Source: an uncultured virus (IMG/VR IMGVR_UViG_3300030117_007285) (Duplodnaviria; Heunggongvirae; Uroviricota; Caudoviricetes). From it: a stretch of 64,000 nt of DNA. The notes below the pieces were generated by a model. That model did not search any database. It was given only the letters and a program-made list of their open reading frames with translations, and was not told the DNA's origin. The stretch's first letter is position 1. Every line of letters begins with the position of its first letter. Both the position numbers and the translations under genes were made by a program. Shown piece after piece: positions 58,702-64,000 of this stretch. The DNA is taken from positions 1-64,000 of the IMG/VR virus record IMGVR_UViG_3300030117_007285. The stretch is one strand, 5' to 3'.

Positions 58702-59988
58702 ATGTTCAGTAATAATTTTTCTAAGCCATCTGAGTTTTTCAAAAGTAAAAGCGAGTACGATAAATCAATACCACCAGATATTGATCTTAAAACCATTGAT
58801 ATGTGGTATAATGTGCCTTATTTTGGCAAAATAGACTCTTTTGGTGTACCAGTTTTTCCAAGAGAAGTATTATTAGGTAATTTAGACACTGATGGTAAAT
58901 TTCAAGCTCTAAAGTTTGTATGTCGTGCGTTTAAAACCTTAGAATCTAAGGTTAACAGATCAAAATCAAAAAATGCTATAGAGCCAAGTTTGTTAGGCAC
59001 ATTTACTCCTAAAAAAGCTTGGGAGTCTGCTACAGAGTTATTTGATAAATATTTTGAGAACAATATATATAATGCTTTTCTAAACAATTTCTTGAACAAT
59101 AAAAGAATAAGCTCATTTAACTGTTTTGTCAAGGAATACATAAATTTTTGTAAATTAGTTGCAGAAGATGTATCTTTAACATTCCCTAGTTTTATATTGA
59201 GCAACAATTGTACCAATAGAATATCTGGATTAATAATTGATTTGTCTAATGATCCTCATGATGATGCAGCAAAAAAAATTAATGACTATTTTAGTGATGA
59301 TCAGTATATTACATTTTTAAATCTATGCGAGAGTTATGGATTTAAAGTTAACAGAAACGCTCCATGGCAATTAGTTGCTGATTTATCCAACCTACAGATG
59401 AGAGAGTTTGCAGCTGCAGAAGGTATCGATACTAGACAGAATGGTTTATTTGACACTCTATATTATAAAGATAGTGATCCGCCGCACATAACGTATAACA
59501 ATTTTAAAAGATATCTATGGCAAATGTATTCAGATTGGTTCTCTGTTAATACTACATATTCTAAAATAGAAGTAAAACATGGCTTTAACTCATCATCGCC
59601 AATGTTTTCACAATTTAAAACTAAAAAAATAAATGAATTACCAGTTGAATTGTCACTGACTTTCTCTGAATTAGAACAATCTTATGGTGAACTAAATTTT
59701 TTAAAATTATATTTAAAAATTAGATTAATAGAGGTTGACATAGAAAATAAATATGATATACTTGTAAATTATTTAGAACAATATTATAATTTAGCTGGTA
59801 TCGAAGGTGCACTAGCTTTTGTGGATAGAAAACTAATAAAAACAAACATTTACACTTCTAACGAGCTTAAACCTTACTTTTTTGACTCTAAAGTATTGAC
59901 TTCCGCTGGGTCTTCTGCTATAATAACACAGAATATCAATTCGCCACAATCAGCGAACGGTGGTGGTGGCTCAACTTCTGGATATTAA
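58702..59988 (+). CDS. Hypothetical protein
   Basis: 428-aa ORF; no recognisable family. Confidence 0.6.
   Translation: MFSNNFSKPSEFFKSKSEYDKSIPPDIDLKTIDMWYNVPYFGKIDSFGVPVFPREVLLGNLDTDGKFQALKFVCRAFKTLESKVNRSKSKNAIEPSLLGTFTPKKAWESATELFDKYFENNIYNAFLNNFLNNKRISSFNCFVKEYINFCKLVAEDVSLTFPSFILSNNCTNRISGLIIDLSNDPHDDAAKKINDYFSDDQYITFLNLCESYGFKVNRNAPWQLVADLSNLQMREFAAAEGIDTRQNGLFDTLYYKDSDPPHITYNNFKRYLWQMYSDWFSVNTTYSKIEVKHGFNSSSPMFSQFKTKKINELPVELSLTFSELEQSYGELNFLKLYLKIRLIEVDIENKYDILVNYLEQYYNLAGIEGALAFVDRKLIKTNIYTSNELKPYFFDSKVLTSAGSSAIITQNINSPQSANGGGGSTSGY
59735..59762 (+). promoter_or_regulatory. Putative sigma70-type promoter
   Basis: TTGACA-16 nt-TATACT with TGn extension. Confidence 0.5.
59896..59924 (+). 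promoter_or_regulatory. Putative sigma70-type promoter for the polymerase-like gene
   Basis: TTGACT-17 nt-TATAAT with TGn extension, about 65 nt before the start. Confidence 0.7.
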
Positions 59989-59989
59989 A

Positions 59990-61177
59990 TTGCTTTTTCA
60001 AACATTTGATGAAAAAAATAAGTGCACCTTGGTTTATAAGAAAGGGACATTTTTAGAACAGGTAACGGACCAGTGTACTAAAACTTGGTCCTATGCTACT
60101 TATCTACAAGATAAGGAGGTGGAATATGCTAGTCTTTACGCTATGGGCCAGTCACTGGAGCAGCTTTGCCCAGAAAATATTAGAGGGGAGTGGTCCTCCG
60201 TCCAAAGAAGAATTAAAGCGGCTTTCAAAGCAGCAAAAGAAGTAGGTTTAGACTTTGATGATTATTGTATTTATGAGTTTATTCCAAGGCACTATTTAGA
60301 AAACTTTGCAGAAATAAAAAATAAAATTTGTGAGGATGTGTTTAATAGCTATCCAAAGCCTACAAATTATGACCATTTATTAAAAATCAATAAAGTCATC
60401 GCAGATATTAAAACAAAAAAAGTAAATATTGATCCTACAGTCATCGAAAGACTAACGGTGCAGGACAGAAACATATTTAAATTAATAAGTAATTGTAATC
60501 CATATATTGATTACGATATGTTTAAAACTGTCACTGGTCGATTGGCAACAAAACAAAACTCATTTCCAGTGATGACACTTCCAAAAAAATATCGTCAAGT
60601 TCTTACACCAACTAATGATTGGTTGTTTGAACTAGACTTTAATGCCTGTGAGCTGCGTGTTGCACTAGCTCTTCTTGGGCACGATCAACCAAAAGAAGAT
60701 CTTCATGATTGGAATCTTAAAAACGTTTTCACCAGAACTAAAAGTAGAGAAAATGCAAAGAAAAGAATTTTTTCTTGGCTTTACAACCCAAACAGTACTG
60801 ATGATAAGGTAGATAAGATTTATGACCGTAAAATTCTAAAAGATGTGTATTTTGATAAAGTTTTAGGTAAAGTTCACACACAGTTCGGCCGCGAAATTGA
60901 TTCAGATGAAGATCACGCCATTAGCTATATTATTCAATCTACAGCAGCTGATTTAGTTTTTGAGCAAATGTATAAAATTTGGGATCACTTAAAAGATAAA
61001 AAATCTTTTATTAAATTTTGTAATCATGATAGCATAGTTATCGATCTTGCAGAGGAAGACCAGCAAGACATAAATAAAATATCAAAACTATTTAGTAATA
61101 CAAGATTCGGTAAATTTAAAGTAAACCATGAAGGCGGTAAAAGCTGGTCAGAAATGAAACCACTAAACATAAAATGA
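59990..61177 (+). CDS. Minimal family-A DNA polymerase-like protein
   Basis: TVTGRLAT, motif A FELDFNACELRV, motif B RENAKKRIFSWLY, IQSTAAD, motif C NHDSIV; start uncertain (TTG 59990 or GTG 59960). Confidence 0.8.
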   Translation: MLFQTFDEKNKCTLVYKKGTFLEQVTDQCTKTWSYATYLQDKEVEYASLYAMGQSLEQLCPENIRGEWSSVQRRIKAAFKAAKEVGLDFDDYCIYEFIPRHYLENFAEIKNKICEDVFNSYPKPTNYDHLLKINKVIADIKTKKVNIDPTVIERLTVQDRNIFKLISNCNPYIDYDMFKTVTGRLATKQNSFPVMTLPKKYRQVLTPTNDWLFELDFNACELRVALALLGHDQPKEDLHDWNLKNVFTRTKSRENAKKRIFSWLYNPNSTDDKVDKIYDRKILKDVYFDKVLGKVHTQFGREIDSDEDHAISYIIQSTAADLVFEQMYKIWDHLKDKKSFIKFCNHDSIVIDLAEEDQQDINKISKLFSNTRFGKFKVNHEGGKSWSEMKPLNIK

Positions 61178-61184
61178 GGCGTAA

Positions 61185-62033
61185 ATGCAGACCGTCATAG
61201 GTTTAGGTAGAGCAGGGTGTGATATAGCAGATTGCTTGTCACAATACTCGCAATATCAAATTAAAAAAATAGATGTGGGGTTAAAAAAGACTAAAACTAC
61301 ATTTGGTCTTAAGCATCAGAGCAGCCCTGAACTTTATGAACAAGCCATTTTGCCGAAAGGCATAAATAACTTCTTAGAGGGGGTGATGTCTGAAACTTTA
61401 CTTATCACGAGTTGCGGTGCTGTCTCTGGTGCTTCTTTAAAAATTTTACAAAAAATAAACAAAAGAACTAAAATAAAATTATTATATATTATTCCTCAAG
61501 AAGATGATCTTATATGTGAAAAAAAATTACAAAATAATTTACTTTTTAATGTTTTTCAAGAATATGCACGATCAAATGTGTTCGACCGCGTTTTTTTAGT
61601 TGACAATTCTAAGATGTCTGATATAATAGGTCCCGTACCAATATTAAGATTTTGGGATTCGATAAATAACTTAGTGGCGACAACATACCACATGGTAAAC
61701 GTATTTCAAAACACGCAACCAGTAATGACTACACAAACAAAACGTATAAATACCGCGCGAATATCTACATTTGGTTTATTAGATTCGCAGAACAATTCAG
61801 AAAAAATGTTTTTTGATCTTGACATCCCAAGAGAAAAGAGTTATTATTATGGTGTTCCAAAAAAACAATTAGAAGAAGATCCTAATTTAATGGAGGTTAT
61901 TAAAAAAAATTTAAAATTCAATATAGAGCATGAAAAAATGAAAACAACTTACTCGGTTCATTCAACCGACTATGATAAGCTTATAGCTTACTGCGAAAAA
62001 AGCAGCACTTTAATACAACAACTAGCAGTGTGA
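61185..62033 (+). CDS. Divergent tubulin/FtsZ-superfamily protein
   Basis: N-terminal VIGLGRAGCDIA nucleotide-binding loop, IKKID, YIIP and FLVDN strands in FtsZ order; signature loop degenerate. Confidence 0.65.
   Translation: MQTVIGLGRAGCDIADCLSQYSQYQIKKIDVGLKKTKTTFGLKHQSSPELYEQAILPKGINNFLEGVMSETLLITSCGAVSGASLKILQKINKRTKIKLLYIIPQEDDLICEKKLQNNLLFNVFQEYARSNVFDRVFLVDNSKMSDIIGPVPILRFWDSINNLVATTYHMVNVFQNTQPVMTTQTKRINTARISTFGLLDSQNNSEKMFFDLDIPREKSYYYGVPKKQLEEDPNLMEVIKKNLKFNIEHEKMKTTYSVHSTDYDKLIAYCEKSSTLIQQLAV
61600..61627 (+). promoter_or_regulatory. Putative sigma70-type promoter upstream of the SSB gene
   Basis: TTGACA-16 nt-TATAAT with TGn extension, inside the tubulin-like gene. Confidence 0.6.
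61819..61847 (+). promoter_or_regulatory. Second putative sigma70-type promoter upstream of the SSB gene
   Basis: TTGACA-17 nt-TATTAT. Confidence 0.55.
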
Positions 62034-62072
62034 AAGATCAACGCACTGACTTTAACTAAGGAGAAAATAATT

Positions 62073-62819
62073 ATGGCAATTAATATGGAGAAAATGCGCG
62101 CTCGCATGGAGGCGCTACAAGGAAACGGAAACAACAAAAAAAACAGTTTTTGGAAACCACAGGAGGGCGAACAGACTATCCGTTTGGTAGCACCAGCAGA
62201 TGGAGATCCCTTTCGAGATTATTGGTTTCACTATGATGTAGCGGGTGAGCCTGGGTTTCTTTCGCCAAAACGTAATTTTGGTGAGGATTGTCCACTCGAT
62301 GACTATGTTCGTGCCCTGTGGCGTGAGGGTTCTGAGGAATCAAAGCGTGTTGCACGTAAGTTAGGTGCGAAGCAGCGTTTCTTTGCCCCGGTCCTTATTC
62401 GAGGGCAAGAAGATGAAGGCGTAAAAGTTTGGGGCTTTGGTAAGCGTGCTTACGAAACTCTACTTGGTCTTGTCCTTAATCCAGAATACGGCGATATTAC
62501 AGATCCCAATGAGGGTACTGATTTAGTTATTGGTTATTCAAAGCCAGCAGGAGCTTCCTTTCCTGAAACTAAAATTACCCCACGCCGTCGTCCATCACTT
62601 TTGCATGAAGATGAAACACAGGCTCGCGCTCTTATGGAGTCCGTCCCTGATTTTGATGAGGTATTTTCAGATGCGCGCCGTTCCACTACGCAAGTAGCGG
62701 ATATTCTTGATCGTTTCCTCAACACTGTTGATGAGGCGATATCCAATCAGCCAGTGGCAGCAGCAGCTGGATCGGTTTCGGATGTCGATAAGGCATTCTC
62801 TGAGCTACTAGGTAGCTAA
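62073..62819 (+). CDS. Single-stranded DNA-binding protein (T4 gp32-like)
   Basis: FWKP..G..TIRL, CP, VKVWGFGK, DITDP.EG.D motifs and acidic DVDKAFSELL tail; AAGGAG SD. Confidence 0.8.
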   Translation: MAINMEKMRARMEALQGNGNNKKNSFWKPQEGEQTIRLVAPADGDPFRDYWFHYDVAGEPGFLSPKRNFGEDCPLDDYVRALWREGSEESKRVARKLGAKQRFFAPVLIRGQEDEGVKVWGFGKRAYETLLGLVLNPEYGDITDPNEGTDLVIGYSKPAGASFPETKITPRRRPSLLHEDETQARALMESVPDFDEVFSDARRSTTQVADILDRFLNTVDEAISNQPVAAAAGSVSDVDKAFSELLGS

Positions 62820-62825
62820 TCCTGC

Positions 62826-62852
62826 GGGGGGCTTGTCCCCCCCTTTATTTTT
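62826..62852 (+). terminator. Rho-independent terminator after SSB
   Basis: G6 / C-run stem with CTTGT loop, followed by TTTATTTTT. Confidence 0.8.
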
Positions 62853-62872
62853 ATTATGAAAGGAAGAAAAAA

Positions 62873-63160
62873 TTGCTAGTAAGAGCGATTCATTGTGAAG
62901 AGTGTAATACAACTGTATACTCAAGAGCATCAGAAGATTTAAGAGAATGTAAGTGTGGCCGAGTTAGAGTTTACGGCGGTTTCTTAAGTCACTTTAAATA
63001 TGACATAATGGGTAAAAAAACAAAGTTTAAAAAAATAAAAATGGAGATCAAAGCAACACCTGATGACTTATATGATGATTATGAAAGCATGGAAGACAGG
63101 TTTGGCTTGATCAATAAGAACACAGATAAAGAAAAAACACAAACAACATATGTTTTTTAG
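62873..63160 (+). CDS. Small zinc-ribbon protein
   Basis: CEEC...CKCG.V.V.GG; TTG start with AAGGA upstream. Confidence 0.6.
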   Translation: MLVRAIHCEECNTTVYSRASEDLRECKCGRVRVYGGFLSHFKYDIMGKKTKFKKIKMEIKATPDDLYDDYESMEDRFGLINKNTDKEKTQTTYVF

Positions 63161-63169
63161 GAGATAATC

Positions 63170-63505
63170 GTGAAAAAATGGATAAAAGGAGAAGAAGGTT
63201 TTGATAAAGCCTTACAAGATATAGCAAATAGATATAAAGGTCTTGGGGGCGGTCCTACTAGTGAGTCTTCTGTACATGCATCAAAGCAAGACATAAGAGA
63301 GGGCTATGCTTGGTTTTGGTCTGATAATAGTGATGTATCTAATCTTATTCAGCGCTCTCGTGAATATATTTTAGAGATTAGAGATCATGGTGACAATATT
63401 TCATTTAAGCTAGATAAAAGTGGCTATAGAGGCCCCATCTATGCTTTTAGACCAGACAGATTATTAAATGAAAATTTAGGAGAGGAGGAACATGAGATTG
63501 GCTAA
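63170..63505 (+). CDS. Hypothetical protein
   Basis: 111 aa; AGGAG SD with GTG start. Confidence 0.55.
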   Translation: MKKWIKGEEGFDKALQDIANRYKGLGGGPTSESSVHASKQDIREGYAWFWSDNSDVSNLIQRSREYILEIRDHGDNISFKLDKSGYRGPIYAFRPDRLLNENLGEEEHEIG

Positions 63506-64000
63506 AAAGAAATCCGCTGGTCGTTTAACAATGGACCAGATGAGAAAATTAATAAATAAAAAAGCAGGGCAAGAAGTTTCTGTTGATTTAGCAGATCCGA
63601 ATAATCCAACAACTGTAAAGCAATGGATTCCAACTGGNNNNNNNNNNGGCTTGATAGTATTATCTGCCGCGGCAAGTTAGCTGGAATACCCGTGGGTAAA
63701 GTTACAGAGATTGCTGGTTTGGAGGCTAGCGGCAAGTCTTACATGGCTGCGCAGATAGCAGGCAACGCTCAGAAGATGGGGATAGATGTTGTCTACTTTG
63801 ATTCAGAGTCTTCATTAGACTTTGGCTTTTTAGAGAAGGCCGGATGTGATCCATCTAAGATTCTTTATGTTCAAGCAACTTCAGTGGAGTTTGTCTTGGA
63901 GACGATTGAAGAATTACTCTCTTCAACCGACAGTCAATTTCTTTTTATCTGGGATAGTCTGGCTCTCACGCCTTCTATTTCAGATGTGGAAGGAGACTTC
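63492..64000 (+). CDS. recA: RecA/UvsX-like recombinase (contains an N gap; runs off the window)
   Basis: WIPTG before the gap; after it LDSIICRGKLAGIPVGKVTEIAGLEASGKS (Walker A), YFDSE and FLFIWDS (Walker B). Confidence 0.9.
63638..63647. other. Assembly gap (10 N)
   Basis: Run of N in the sequence. Confidence 1.

Noticed and set aside
62033..62053. T4 gene 32-style pseudoknot in the SSB leader (AAAG/CTTT)
   Set aside because: Connecting loops of 0 and 1 nt are sterically implausible; only the simple hairpin is reported
63492..63735. Apparent truncated recA (62 aa) or pseudogene
   Set aside because: The frame change occurs at the 10-N gap; RecA motifs continue intact to the window end
1140..63735. 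Numerous short minus-strand and nested ORFs in the track (e.g. 29886-30365, 35885-36379, 54194-54754)
   Set aside because: They lie antisense to or inside well-supported + strand genes and show no recognisable motifs; treated as shadow ORFs
1..64000. Stop-codon reassignment, tRNA genes, introns/inteins, diversity-generating retroelement
   Set aside because: Genes are full length and tightly packed in the standard code, intergenic gaps are short, terminase and primase are normal size, and I saw no reverse transcriptase or TR/VR pair by eye

Overview
The window is 64 kb of an AT-rich, large-genome T4-like contractile-tailed phage; it is a draft assembly with two 10-N gaps. Essentially all real genes are on the + strand. 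Gene order: baseplate and tail-appendage block (gp25-like, gp6-like, a 3411-aa multi-LamG protein and several large unknown virion proteins); RuvC-like resolvase, primase and a fused Mre11-Rad50 (SbcD-SbcC); a beta-helix protein; a holin/spanin-like membrane trio; large terminase, portal, prohead protease, a phage-encoded ribosomal protein bS21, scaffold and major capsid; neck, tail sheath, two tube paralogues, tail chaperone, tape measure and hub; then a minimal family-A polymerase, a degenerate tubulin/FtsZ-like protein, gp32-like SSB and RecA/UvsX. I found no tRNA, rRNA, CRISPR array or transposon. The best leads are: (1) a probable +1/-2 programmed frameshift on a T7 run in the tail-chaperone gene just before the tape measure; (2) a two-class promoter system, with sigma70 consensus sites ahead of replication genes and a recurrent CTA(A/T)TTA motif ahead of virion genes, in three cases exactly 4 nt before a leaderless ATG and once inside an SD-sequestering hairpin; (3) bS21 embedded in the head operon; (4) a [S/T]GS tripeptide pervasive in virion proteins but absent from the enzymes; (5) strong over-representation of GC palindromes such as GGCGCC; (6) the mini-PolA/tubulin/SSB cluster. 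All calls come from reading motifs by eye; no database searches were run.
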